This document shows positions 19,833-30,252 of a stretch of 64,000 nucleotides of DNA, one piece after another; within the stretch, counting starts at the first letter, position 1, and every line of letters begins with the position of its first letter. The stretch covers positions 1 through 64,000 of the forward strand of contig JAEOSK010000009.1 in assembly GCA_016840405.1 (NCBI GenBank). The letters run 5' to 3'. The stretch is from Candidatus Hermodarchaeum yapensis (GTDB taxonomy: Archaea; Asgardarchaeota; Hermodarchaeia; Hermodarchaeales; Hermodarchaeaceae). The notes below the pieces were generated by a model, which saw nothing but the letters and a program-made list of their open reading frames with translations, ran no database searches and was not told where the DNA came from. The translations under genes and the position numbers were made by a program.

Positions 19833-21936
19833 TTGAAACGTGATCAACGTTTTAGAGAATTATTACAGCTAATGACTAATCCTGATAATATCCGGAATAT
19901 TGGGATAATTGCACACATAGATCATGGAAAAACCACACTTACTGACTCATTACTTGCTAATGCTGGACTGCTCTCATCAAGTCTTGTGGGTCAAGCACGG
20001 GCATTAGATTTCCTTGAAGAAGAGCAACGTCGAGGAAACGTAATTGCGAATTATCGCAGACGCCTCAATAACGATAAAATCTGCTAACATATCATTGCTC
20101 CATGATTATCAGGGAAAGCGCTATGTGGTCAATTTAGTTGATACTCCAGGACATATCGATTTTAGTGGGAAAGTAACCAGGGCCATGCGTGCCATTGATG
20201 GCGCTATTGTTGTCGTAGATGCAGTAGAGGGAGTAATGGCACAAACAGAAAGTGTAATTCGATCAGCAATCAAAGAACGAGTTCAACCAGTTCTATTCAT
20301 TAATAAAATTGATCGATTAATTCGGGAACTAAAGCTTTCAGCACACCAAATTCAGGAAAAACTAACGGAAATAATTCAAGAAACCAATAATGTTATCGAA
20401 GTAGCATTCGAATCAGAAAATGACTTTGATTGGACTGTGAGCACCCAAGCCAACACAGTTGCTTTTGGTTCTGCACTTCATAAATGGGCTTTCACAGTCG
20501 AGCAAATGAAAAAAGAAAGCCTTCATTTTAAGGATATCATAGAAAGTTATCAGAACAACGAATATGAAAAATTAATCGCTCTGCTCCCCATTCATCTACC
20601 AATCCTGAATATGATTTTAGATCACCTTCCGTCACCAATTAAAGCCCAATCATATCGTACCAAATATATTTGGAAAGGCGATCTTCAATCCCCAGCCGGA
20701 GTTGCATTGCGCAGCTGCAAACCGGAAAACCCTCTTTTTATTGGGATTACAAAAATCGTTACCAAATCAAAGCACGGTCCTGTGGGAGTTGGTCGTATTT
20801 TTTCAGGCACCATTAGAAAAGGGTCTCAAATACAGGTTTTCCCATCAGACCAACTACACAAAGCTCAACGGATAACTTTGTTCATGGGTGCTCGACAAGT
20901 CGTTATTCCTTCTTTGACTGCAGGTAACATATGTGGGATAATCGGTCTTGAAGATATTCAAGCGGGAGATACAATCACTGGGCAAAATATTCCTCAAGGT
21001 ATGGTTTCATTTGAAGAAATCACTTATGCTAGCGACCCCGTTGTGACCATCGCAATAGAGCCAAAACACCCTAGGGAACTACCACGATTGCTATCTCTTC
21101 TTGAAACAATTTCAAAAGGAGATCCTAATTTAATTTTTTCAGTAAATGAGCAAACGGGAGAGAATCTACTCTCAGGTTTAGGTCTATTACATTTAGAAAT
21201 CGCCCTAAAGGACATTGAGGAATTAGGAGTCCAAGTGGACGCTTCTGATCCAATTGTACTCTACCGTGAGACACCTAATACCAGCATCATAATGCCTGAA
21301 ATGCATCAAAGCCCAAATGAACAAAATGAAATAAAATTGGAAATCTCTCCCCACGACACCACTACTATTGAAGATGAGATAATGTATCAGGATAATCGGA
21401 ATAACTTGCTAACGGTTATTTCTTCAATATCAATTCCTGAATCAGATAGTACGTCGATAATCGCCGGTTTTAATTGGGCTATGGAAAGGGGTCCTCTCTG
21501 TTCAGAGCCTATGGGCCTTACACTCATCAAAATCACCGACATTAAACTCAGTGACAATTTAGCTGAAAGAGGAAGAGTAGAACTGATGTCCATGGTTAAG
21601 GAGGCAATTTTCAAAGCCTTTGAAGTAGGATCACCAACGCTTCTTGAACCAATATATACAATACAAGTAGTAGTCCCTAATGAATATTTGAAGAATATTA
21701 CAGGAGTTATTATTTCAAAACGTGGACAAGTTGAAAAAGTTGACCATAAAGAGATACTAGTGACAATAACAGGAGTACTACCTGTAAGTGAATCATTTGA
21801 TTTAGCTGATATTCTTCGATCAAAGTCCGCTGGGAAGGCAATTTGGCAAACGAAGTTTTCTCATTGGAAAGTTATACCAAGTCAGCGGGCTAAAACCATA
21901 ATATCAGAAATTAGGAAAAGAAGAGGTCTAAGTTGA
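19833..21936 (+). CDS. Elongation factor 2 family GTPase (probable EF-2 paralog), interrupted by an intron at 20038-20068; 690 aa after splicing
   Basis: [10 protein letters not shown]|ITIKS after splicing, [21 protein letters not shown]; split into two frames in the ORF track. Confidence 0.92.
20038..20068 (+). other. Bulge-helix-bulge-type intron in EF-2 mRNA (31 nt)
   Basis: GAGG/CCTC 4-bp helix with AAA and AAT bulges and an internal hairpin; cuts after the second bulge base restore GGA ATA ACG ATA AAA. Confidence 0.85.
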
Positions 21937-21949
21937 GGAGGGATACAAA

Positions 21950-22447
21950 ATCGTTCTTCGAGTTGCCGTGATTGGAAGTAGTGGGAAGATTTCACCTGAG
22001 CTAAGTCGTGTTGCTGAAAAAATAGGTAAAGAAATTGCTCGTAGAGGAGCAATCCTGATTTCTGGCGGGAGAGATGGGGTTATGGAGGCGGTTTCTAAAG
22101 GGGCAAAGGATGAGAATGGATTGGTAGTAGGTATTCTCCCAGAAGATACTGAGGTTAAAGCAAATCCGTATCTTGATATTGCCATTTTAACAGGAATTGG
22201 ATTAGCCCGCAATTATATCAATGTCGTTTCTAGTGATGCAATAATTAGCATTGCCGGGTCAGGAGGAACATTAAGTGAAATTGGATACGCGATTGCTTTA
22301 CAAAAACCATTGATTCTGTTAATGGGGACTGGAGGCGTTACTGACTTGATAGCTAGCCACCATTCGTTGTTTCCAAATGCAACTATTCATTTAGCAGAAA
22401 CACCCTCTGAAGCAGTTAATTTGGTATTTCGTAGTTATTCCAAATGA
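21950..22447 (+). CDS. LOG family / TIGR00725-like protein
   Basis: GGRDGVMEAVSKGA, GIGLARN, GTLSEI; start uncertain (ATC 21950 or GTG 21968). Confidence 0.85.
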   Translation: MVLRVAVIGSSGKISPELSRVAEKIGKEIARRGAILISGGRDGVMEAVSKGAKDENGLVVGILPEDTEVKANPYLDIAILTGIGLARNYINVVSSDAIISIAGSGGTLSEIGYAIALQKPLILLMGTGGVTDLIASHHSLFPNATIHLAETPSEAVNLVFRSYSK

Positions 22448-22467
22448 AAACGACTGCATTTAGAATG

Positions 22468-22761
22468 TTACCCAAAGATATACTGCCACGGTGGGTTAAA
22501 TACAAACCATTGTATTGCGATAAAAAGTATGATTCCCCCAAGAACCATTTTCTTCCCCTTTTTTGGATTAGACCCCGTGAACCAGTTAATGAGCCCTAAT
22601 GCGATGAGGAGTACTGCATTAAATATTCCGATTAAAAGTAGGAGGTTCCAACCTGTAAGTAGGTAATATTCAATTTGTTCGAGGAGTTGTTGAAAGGAAA
22701 GATTTGATTCTGGGATAGTGAACGTAGTTTTCACCCAACATTTTCTTATGAAGAGATACAA
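22468..22761 (-). CDS. Small two-TM membrane protein
   Basis: Two hydrophobic helices separated by 'NPKKGKK'; start uncertain. Confidence 0.6.
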   Translation of the reverse strand: MYLFIRKCWVKTTFTIPESNLSFQQLLEQIEYYLLTGWNLLLLIGIFNAVLLIALGLINWFTGSNPKKGKKMVLGGIILFIAIQWFVFNPPWQYIFG

Positions 22762-22825
22762 AAACTCCCAAAAAGGAAGGGAATTAATACAAACAGGTAA
22801 TTACAATCAAATTAGTGAAGAAAAT

Positions 22826-23929
22826 ATGTGGCGGTTAACAAGAGGTGATGCTGTCACTGTCTGGTCAAATGAGATAGTTGCTAAAAGATTTGCCAGGTAC
22901 CGATCGATAATTGATCTTCAACTTCCTGCGAGATACCTAATTGCTCGTAACATAGCTGTTGATTATTCTCCCTCAGATACCCTTACAAACCTTTGGAAGA
23001 GCCATAATAAAGCTCAAAGAGAATTCCAAAAGCAATTCTCCAAAATTAAGAATGAAACATTCGAGATGAGAGAGGAACCCATTTCTCCTTCTTTTATTGA
23101 TTTGAAAGCGACAATAGCGGATCGAATTCTCCATCAATGTCATTTTTGTGAACGGAAGTGTAACGTAGATAGGGCTGAAAAACTAGGTTTTTGCAATGTA
23201 GATCACACAAGTTACATCTCCTCTGCTTTTCTGCACACGGGGGAAGAGCCTCCCCTTGTTCCTTCAGGTACGATATTCTTCAGTGGGTGTAACTTTCGAT
23301 GTGCCCATTGTCAAAATTATGATATTTCGTGTAACCCTACCAACGGAAGCAAAGTTTCACAAACACAATTAGCAAAAATTGCAGATGAATTAGCATCACA
23401 GGGTGCCAAGAACATCAATTATGTCGGTGGTGATCCAACCCCTCATCTACACACAATTCTCTCATCTTTAAGATTGCAAAAATTCAACATCACCCAGCTT
23501 TGGAATTCTAATATGTATTTATCCATGGAATCAATGGACCTTCTTACCGACATTATCGATTTCTGGCTCCCTGATCTCAAATATTTCTCTGACCAATGTG
23601 CTGAGAGAATCTCCGATGCACAAGATTATCCAGCAATAGTCACCCGTAACATTAAGATTGCATATGAAAAGGGGACTAAGGAGATGATTATTCGCCTCTT
23701 GGTATTACCCAACCATCTACATTGCTGTGTAATTCCTATTCTAGATTGGATAGCTGAAAACACGCCTTTGGCCCTAGTCAATATAATGGCACAATATCGA
23801 CCTTTATGGAAAGTGTTAGAAAAACCTGAAATCTACAAAGACATCTCACGTCGCGTTAGTAGTGAGGAAATGCATCAAGCCTATGACCATGCAAAAGCAC
23901 TCGGTCTAGAATTTAGATCAGTGAGCTAG
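22826..23929 (+). CDS. Radical SAM protein, PflX-like
   Basis: CNFRCAHC, HTGEEP and CHFCERKC motifs. Confidence 0.88.
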   Translation: MWRLTRGDAVTVWSNEIVAKRFARYRSIIDLQLPARYLIARNIAVDYSPSDTLTNLWKSHNKAQREFQKQFSKIKNETFEMREEPISPSFIDLKATIADRILHQCHFCERKCNVDRAEKLGFCNVDHTSYISSAFLHTGEEPPLVPSGTIFFSGCNFRCAHCQNYDISCNPTNGSKVSQTQLAKIADELASQGAKNINYVGGDPTPHLHTILSSLRLQKFNITQLWNSNMYLSMESMDLLTDIIDFWLPDLKYFSDQCAERISDAQDYPAIVTRNIKIAYEKGTKEMIIRLLVLPNHLHCCVIPILDWIAENTPLALVNIMAQYRPLWKVLEKPEIYKDISRRVSSEEMHQAYDHAKALGLEFRSVS

Positions 23930-23995
23930 ATATTGTTTGATTCAATTTTTTGTGGGGTTTTTGAGCACCAGCCATCAACCTCCTGATGTAGGCAT

Positions 23996-25513
23996 ATGCG
24001 ATTAGATTTGGACTTTGTAGCTAAGCATCTGAAATGCAAGCCATGGCGGAAAATATCCAATCAGACCATATCATCAGCAAGCCAGATACTAGACCATTGG
24101 TTGCCTCCAATATTACCTAACCTAGTTAGAGAAGACTTTCTGGAATTCTTTACAAACAAATTATCGGGAAAACTGGGTTGGCTTCGCAGCTGCGTTGATT
24201 CATCCTTTACAAAATTCAAGGTTGAATTCGGGCTAGGCGGATACCGTGGTTTACCTGACTTTATTGACTGGGATAACAAATTAGATGGACAATTTCTTGA
24301 ACACATGCTTCCTTTACTTCAATCCATTGCTGAATGCACAGATACATCAATTACTACCGCACAATTCTTCATGCTCGCAACTGAGCTTTGTAAGTTCAGC
24401 AATTTTCCTTTAAGTTCCCTTGATGTCAGCATCATCAAAACCTTCAGCCAAATGCCAACAATAACAGTTCCAGCACTAGCCAGGTTACTAGGTAATTCTT
24501 ACAAGAAAGTACGGAAGCGATGGAAGCGTTTGCAGAGACTAGGTATATGTAAGATCCAAGCAAAGGTCAACTATCCCATTTTGGGATTAGTTCCAGTTAT
24601 TATCGAACTTCATGATTCGAAAAGCGCAATAAGAAGCCCTTATCTAGTTTCGCGGCTCGAACTTTCTGGGGATTTAAGATGCAGATTTTTCATGATGGCA
24701 GTCCCCGAAAAAGAGCTTGGCACACTTTCACACTTTCTTGATTCCCATTTTGGAGCAACTCACACATTGTATGTGGTTAAAGATTTGGGACAGATAGTAG
24801 AATTCACACATTATCAAATTAACAAAGAAAATTGGAATATCGATTGGAAAAAATTACTAATTGGCGTCCATTTATTACACAATGATTGGATTGATCAGGA
24901 TACCTCATATTATGACGAGGAGGAGCACCAAACCCTTCGCCTATATTTCCCTGATGACAAAGATAAGCGATTAATTCCTATTTTGATGTCTGATGCTCGT
25001 GTGAAACTAGAAAAACTTGCTCAAATTTCAGGAATGAGTATTGCCCAAGCTAGTCGCCGAAAATCCAAATTAGTTGAACTCGGTGTTTTGAGACTTGAAC
25101 CACTAATAAGACGTGTAGGATTAATCGAAGACATAGTCATTCGAATGAAAAAGGGAGATGCTCGAATACATGGCTTAGTTAAGGAACTACCTCAAGCGTG
25201 GATAAGACACCTTACTGAATTCCGCTCTGGTAACAAGGAAATCTTGGTATACGCGACTCTACCTGCAGGATCTTTTGCTTTAATGCGATACTATCTCAGC
25301 AGATATCTTCAAACAGAATCTGATATCTACATCAGTAGCCCAGCAAGTGGAGGATGGCCACTATCCTTCGAACCCTTTGATGTTAGAAATGGTCACTGGA
25401 TGTGGCAGGATCCTGTTATTGTTGAAGAACCGAAGATATCACAATTCGAAATTCTACCAGAAATCAATCAAAGGCCAAGTGAAGGATTAACCAGTGGTGA
25501 TTCCTTAAAGTGA
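23996..25513 (+). CDS. Multi-domain HTH + Lrp/AsnC-like regulator (distant paralog of the 48-52 kb pair)
   Basis: Two HTH segments; 'NYPILGLVP', 'W.IDW' and terminal 'FD..NGHW.W' motifs similar to 48043 and 50126. Confidence 0.7.
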   Translation: MRLDLDFVAKHLKCKPWRKISNQTISSASQILDHWLPPILPNLVREDFLEFFTNKLSGKLGWLRSCVDSSFTKFKVEFGLGGYRGLPDFIDWDNKLDGQFLEHMLPLLQSIAECTDTSITTAQFFMLATELCKFSNFPLSSLDVSIIKTFSQMPTITVPALARLLGNSYKKVRKRWKRLQRLGICKIQAKVNYPILGLVPVIIELHDSKSAIRSPYLVSRLELSGDLRCRFFMMAVPEKELGTLSHFLDSHFGATHTLYVVKDLGQIVEFTHYQINKENWNIDWKKLLIGVHLLHNDWIDQDTSYYDEEEHQTLRLYFPDDKDKRLIPILMSDARVKLEKLAQISGMSIAQASRRKSKLVELGVLRLEPLIRRVGLIEDIVIRMKKGDARIHGLVKELPQAWIRHLTEFRSGNKEILVYATLPAGSFALMRYYLSRYLQTESDIYISSPASGGWPLSFEPFDVRNGHWMWQDPVIVEEPKISQFEILPEINQRPSEGLTSGDSLK

Positions 25514-26634
25514 AAGTGTTGTTGATTCTCTTGCTGGTATCCACACTACTTGGTTCTCCTGTGCCTTTACCTGAGCCTTTGACACAAACTGGTGCGTTTA
25601 GAGGAAATCCGTTTACAATTGCAGTTCAACTAAAAGACCAGAATGCTAATCCCATAGATAATGCAACGGTCCTATTTTTCCATGAAACACATGATGAATA
25701 CTTAGGAAGTGGAATAACAAACCTAACAGGCTACACTCAATTTATCTGGGAAATTCCTCCAACACATGAACTTGGACCCATTCAACTAAATGCAACCTTC
25801 CGTGGTGACCCAGAAAGATTTCTCTTACCTAGTATGATTCTAGTTCCAGTTACCATATTTGCACAACTTCAAAATAGTGTAGATATTAAAGATTCAGAAG
25901 GAAATCCAATTGATTCCCCGTTAACAGTTGGACAACAATTGTTTTTTCATATAACTGTTCAAAATGATGAACTGTCTCCCATAGAAGGTATTCTGGTTCA
26001 ACTCATTCTCGAACCAGATCAAATAATCAAAGAAGATACTACTCTACAAAATGGATCGGTAATACTGAGCTGTTTGTTTAATCAAAGTTTAGAAAACACA
26101 GTGAGCTTTACTGTTCGAAGTATGAACTATGATTTTTTCAATGGAACCGAAAGCAGTTATATCTTTACAATCGGCAAAACGTTTACGAATTTCATTGGTC
26201 TTCCTGCATTTTTGAACTTACATGAGGAAACTTTCATCACTAGCCAATTATGTCAGATATCTGGTTCTGGCATTGAAGACGCTTCAATTGAATTATTTTC
26301 CGAAACTGAATCTTTGATTACCTCAACCTTGACAGAGTCTGATGGAAGCTTTCAATTTGATCTACAAGAAATCGTTGATACAATCGAGAATCATAGATTT
26401 CTAATTCTTCGATACAATGGAAGTGGAGGTCACACAAATGCTCAAGCTATTATCGGAATTATACAGGGATTTCATGGAAATCCCTTTTCCCATTTTTTGG
26501 ACATCGTTCCATCAGCAGGGGTTTCCCCCCTTTTACAACAGTTTAGTATCATTATTATCAGTTGTTTAACTATTGGAACTACTGTTCTTACAATACGAAT
26601 GAAACGTAGTACAGGACGAATTGTATCCCACTGA
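25510..26634 (+). CDS. Membrane-anchored Ig-like surface protein
   Basis: Signal peptide, Ig-like repeats, C-terminal TM helix and basic tail. Confidence 0.7.
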   Translation: MKVLLILLLVSTLLGSPVPLPEPLTQTGAFRGNPFTIAVQLKDQNANPIDNATVLFFHETHDEYLGSGITNLTGYTQFIWEIPPTHELGPIQLNATFRGDPERFLLPSMILVPVTIFAQLQNSVDIKDSEGNPIDSPLTVGQQLFFHITVQNDELSPIEGILVQLILEPDQIIKEDTTLQNGSVILSCLFNQSLENTVSFTVRSMNYDFFNGTESSYIFTIGKTFTNFIGLPAFLNLHEETFITSQLCQISGSGIEDASIELFSETESLITSTLTESDGSFQFDLQEIVDTIENHRFLILRYNGSGGHTNAQAIIGIIQGFHGNPFSHFLDIVPSAGVSPLLQQFSIIIISCLTIGTTVLTIRMKRSTGRIVSH

Positions 26635-26711
26635 ACCGAACGTTACCTTATTGTACTGTCGAAAACTTAATCGAATAGCACCCCATCAAATGACGCGAGG
26701 TAAACTGCATA

Positions 26712-29003
26712 ATGTCAGAGCATTGGATGTGGACAGAAAAATATCGCCCTATGAAACTTAACGAGATAATTGGACAAAAACCTATTACAGACCGCCTTAA
26801 GAAATTTTTAACAGAGCGAGATTTACCACACCTTCTATTTTCCGGACCCGCAGGAACCGGCAAAACTACAGCAATTCTTGCATTTTCACACGAACTCTTC
26901 GGAGAACAATTTTCAGGAAATTTCTTAGAACTAAACGCAAGCGTTGCTCCAGAGACACCAATTCTGATAAGGGAAAATGGAAAAACAGAGAGAATCAATT
27001 TTGAAATTCTTTCTAAAAGATACTTCAAAAAAGATGAAAAATATGCCAAACCCTCCACTCTTGAAATCCTCTCAATAGATGATAGCTACAAAGTAAAATT
27101 CATGCCAGTAAGTTTGATCTCAAGACATAAGGTGACTAAAATTGCTAGGATAAAATATGGGGGCGGGGAGGTCAAAACAAGTCTAAACCATTCTGTAATA
27201 ATTCTTGATAAAAAGGGAAACTTAACTCCAAGGGAGGTTTCAGATCTAGAAGAAGGGGATTTGTTAATTACTTTCTGTAAAGACATTGAAGGCCAAGAAA
27301 ACATACTCTTAGATTTCGAGGAATATGAACCACAAATATTCAACGAACTACAAAGTGGTCTCGTAAGGAATCCAAAAATTAAGAATATTCTAAAGAACTC
27401 AGAATTAGATGAAGAGCTAGCATGGCTCTTTGGTACATATCTGGCAGAGGGCTGTTTAAGTTTTTGTAGGAATACAAGTGGTGGTCTAGTTTTTGAATTC
27501 GGATATCCAGGCGAAATGGATCAAGTTGAAAGAGTTCAAACGATATTAGAAGAGAAGTTTAATCTTAAGAGTAAAACTAAGTTAGGTGGTTCAGGCTTCG
27601 ACAGGACCAGAATGAGCTCTATACAAATACGAGTGCATAATACCCAATTAGCACGATTTTTCAGAAATAATTTCTATAATGGCTCAGAGGAATTTACTGC
27701 GAAATTTAAGAGAGTGCCAAAATTCATTTACGACTCCCAATTTAAATGGGATTTTTTGAAGGGTTATGCTAATGATGCAATGGGACATTGGGGAGAATAT
27801 CTTAGGTATTCGTCAAAATCAGAAGAAAATCTAATTGATATTACTTGGTTAGGTCGAATCTCTGGTGTGGATACTTCTTGCTTTAAAGAAGAAACAAGAA
27901 TCATTTGGAAAAAACCTTCATTTTCGTACATCAAAACTGATCTCATGCCTGCAGAACCTATAATTAATCTTTGTAAAGAGAACGACGAGAATATTGATTT
28001 TAACTGGAGATATCTCCTAAGGCATCAACTATATTCAAAACAAAGTAAAAGGGTATCAAAGAAACTAGTGAAAGAACTTCTTGAAAGAATAAGAGATAAG
28101 ATAGGTAGGGAAAAGGTAGAGGGATTAATGAAACTAGTGGATTCCCCACTTTCAGTAGTTCTCATAAAGAAAATAGAAATTAATGAATATAATGGTTATC
28201 TTTACGACGTAGCTGTTCCTGGCTCAGAGATGTTCTGGGGCGGAACTGCACCTATTTTATTACACAATAGTGATGAACGGGGCATTGATGTGATTCGGAA
28301 TCGTGTCAAGAGTTTTGCTCGAACCCGCCCCTTGGGAGATGCTCCTTTTAAGATAATTTCATTGGATGAAGCTGATTCTCTAACTCGTGATGCACAACAT
28401 GCTCTCCGAAGAACAATGGAACGATACGTCAGTAGTTGCCGGTTTTGCTTAATTGTAAATTATTCAAGCCGAATTATTGATCCTATCCAATCTCGATGTG
28501 CAATTTTCCGGTTCCCCCGGCTAGACCAACAGCAGCTCAAAAAGAGAATTCACTATATTGCTAAACAGGAAGGAGTTGAACTTTCTGAAGATGGAATAGA
28601 CGCTATTCTTTATGTTTCCAGTGGTGACATGCGACGGGCAATTAATGTTCTTCAAGCAGCGGCAGTAACTAAGAAACTGGTTGATGCTGATGCAGTTTAT
28701 AGTACAACAGGCAAAGCCCGACCAGAAGAAGTAAGAGAGATGATTAATTCTTCCTTAAATGGCGATTTCTTAGAAGCACAGAACAAACTTCGAAATCTGT
28801 TGGTGTGGCAGGGATTATCCGGATCTGATATAGTCCGACAAATTCACAGTGAAGTTTTGAAGCTTGGTGTTGATGAAAAGATTAAGGTCCAACTTGTTGG
28901 ATTAGTGGGCGAAGCGGAATTTCGACTTACTGAAGGAGCTGACCCAGAAATTCAGTTGAGTTATGTTCTGGCAAACTTTGCGTTAATTGGGAATCCCAAG
29001 TGA
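26712..29003 (+). CDS. rfcS: Replication factor C small subunit (intein-containing)
   Basis: WTEKYRP, GPAGTGKT, ELNA|SDERG, LDEAD, SRC. Confidence 0.95.
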   Translation: MSEHWMWTEKYRPMKLNEIIGQKPITDRLKKFLTERDLPHLLFSGPAGTGKTTAILAFSHELFGEQFSGNFLELNASVAPETPILIRENGKTERINFEILSKRYFKKDEKYAKPSTLEILSIDDSYKVKFMPVSLISRHKVTKIARIKYGGGEVKTSLNHSVIILDKKGNLTPREVSDLEEGDLLITFCKDIEGQENILLDFEEYEPQIFNELQSGLVRNPKIKNILKNSELDEELAWLFGTYLAEGCLSFCRNTSGGLVFEFGYPGEMDQVERVQTILEEKFNLKSKTKLGGSGFDRTRMSSIQIRVHNTQLARFFRNNFYNGSEEFTAKFKRVPKFIYDSQFKWDFLKGYANDAMGHWGEYLRYSSKSEENLIDITWLGRISGVDTSCFKEETRIIWKKPSFSYIKTDLMPAEPIINLCKENDENIDFNWRYLLRHQLYSKQSKRVSKKLVKELLERIRDKIGREKVEGLMKLVDSPLSVVLIKKIEINEYNGYLYDVAVPGSEMFWGGTAPILLHNSDERGIDVIRNRVKSFARTRPLGDAPFKIISLDEADSLTRDAQHALRRTMERYVSSCRFCLIVNYSSRIIDPIQSRCAIFRFPRLDQQQLKKRIHYIAKQEGVELSEDGIDAILYVSSGDMRRAINVLQAAAVTKKLVDADAVYSTTGKARPEEVREMINSSLNGDFLEAQNKLRNLLVWQGLSGSDIVRQIHSEVLKLGVDEKIKVQLVGLVGEAEFRLTEGADPEIQLSYVLANFALIGNPK
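26940..28268 (+). mobile_element. Intein (443 aa) with LAGLIDADG homing endonuclease domain
   Basis: Starts SVAPETP, block B 'TSLNHS', 'LFGTYLAEG', ends LLHN before Ser; splits ELNA/SDERG. Confidence 0.93.
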
Positions 29004-30238
29004 TGATAATGATGATAGATCAGCCTTGGGTAGAAAAATATCGACCACAATCAAGCAAGGATCTTGTAGGTAATACCACTGCGATTTCAAAGATTAAGAA
29101 ATGGCTCAGTAACTGGCCCAAGAGTATTTCTCGAAATAAACGAGCCTTGATGCTCTTTGGTCCTTCAGGTGTAGGAAAAACATTAGTGGCTCATACAATT
29201 GGCTCAGAGCTAGGTTATGACATAACTGAAATTAACGCTACTGTGAAAAGAAGCAAAAAAAGTATGGATGAATTATTACAAACTTCAACGATGACAGGAA
29301 CACTTACCAGCACACGAGGGAGAGTATTATTGGTTGATGAGCTGGCTGGACTAAGTGGTAAATCCGATAGGGGTGCTGCTTCAGCTTTAAAAGAGCATAT
29401 TCAGAAGACGCGCGTGCCCATCATTTTAGTCACAAATGATATTTCTGAGCCCAAGATTCGACCGTTAAGAAAGATTACTACACTTATTGAATTCGAACCG
29501 GTTAAAGAGTCGGAAATAGTTGAGATGTTGAAACAAATATGCAATCAGGAGAAAATAAGATTTGAGGATTCAGCTTTAGATACGTTGGCTTCTCATTCTC
29601 GTGGTGATATAAGAGCTGCAATAAATGACTTGCAAAGCATTTCAAAATCTGTTAGTGTACTAAATAATAGAAATTTGCTCGAGTTCATACAATCAAGAGA
29701 TCAAAGAATTGACTTAAACGAGGCTCTTGACCGGATTTTTTATGCCGAGACATGGAATAAAGCCATCATCGCAGCTAATCAAATAGATGTATACCCTGAT
29801 GAACTAATCAGATGGATTAATGCGAACATACCGCTAGTTTTTCCTGAATTAAAACAACAAATCAAGGCTTTTGATTTCTTATCAAGGGCAAGCATATTTT
29901 CCCGTCGAATAAATCGAACTCAGAATTGGAGGCTCCTCCCTTATTCTAAGGAACTAATGTGCATAACAGGAACAATAACAGATGGAACACCAACACCGAA
30001 ACGTTCTGAATATCGTTTTCCAGATTGGATACAACAAATGGGATTTTCTCGGGGTGTACGACAAAAACGGGTTCTAGTTGGACACGCCCTATCGCCAATC
30101 GTTCATCTATCAGCCAAAAGAGCCTACGAAGAATACATCACCGTGCTCAAAGCTCTTCTCAAAGAAGCGAAACTTAAGGAAAGAGTCAAGAATGACCTAG
30201 ACTTGTCAGAGGATCTTGTTCACTTTATTCTCAAGTAA
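29000..30238 (+). CDS. rfcL: Replication factor C large subunit
   Basis: PWVEKYRP, GPSGVGKT, GDIRAAINDLQ. Confidence 0.92.
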   Translation: MMIMMIDQPWVEKYRPQSSKDLVGNTTAISKIKKWLSNWPKSISRNKRALMLFGPSGVGKTLVAHTIGSELGYDITEINATVKRSKKSMDELLQTSTMTGTLTSTRGRVLLVDELAGLSGKSDRGAASALKEHIQKTRVPIILVTNDISEPKIRPLRKITTLIEFEPVKESEIVEMLKQICNQEKIRFEDSALDTLASHSRGDIRAAINDLQSISKSVSVLNNRNLLEFIQSRDQRIDLNEALDRIFYAETWNKAIIAANQIDVYPDELIRWINANIPLVFPELKQQIKAFDFLSRASIFSRRINRTQNWRLLPYSKELMCITGTITDGTPTPKRSEYRFPDWIQQMGFSRGVRQKRVLVGHALSPIVHLSAKRAYEEYITVLKALLKEAKLKERVKNDLDLSEDLVHFILK

Positions 30239-30252
30239 TGTCATCCAAGTTC

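Noticed and set aside
19833-20087. EF-2 as a pseudogene or sequencing frameshift
   Set aside because: The break is a clean 31-nt structured insert with BHB geometry, and both halves are otherwise intact
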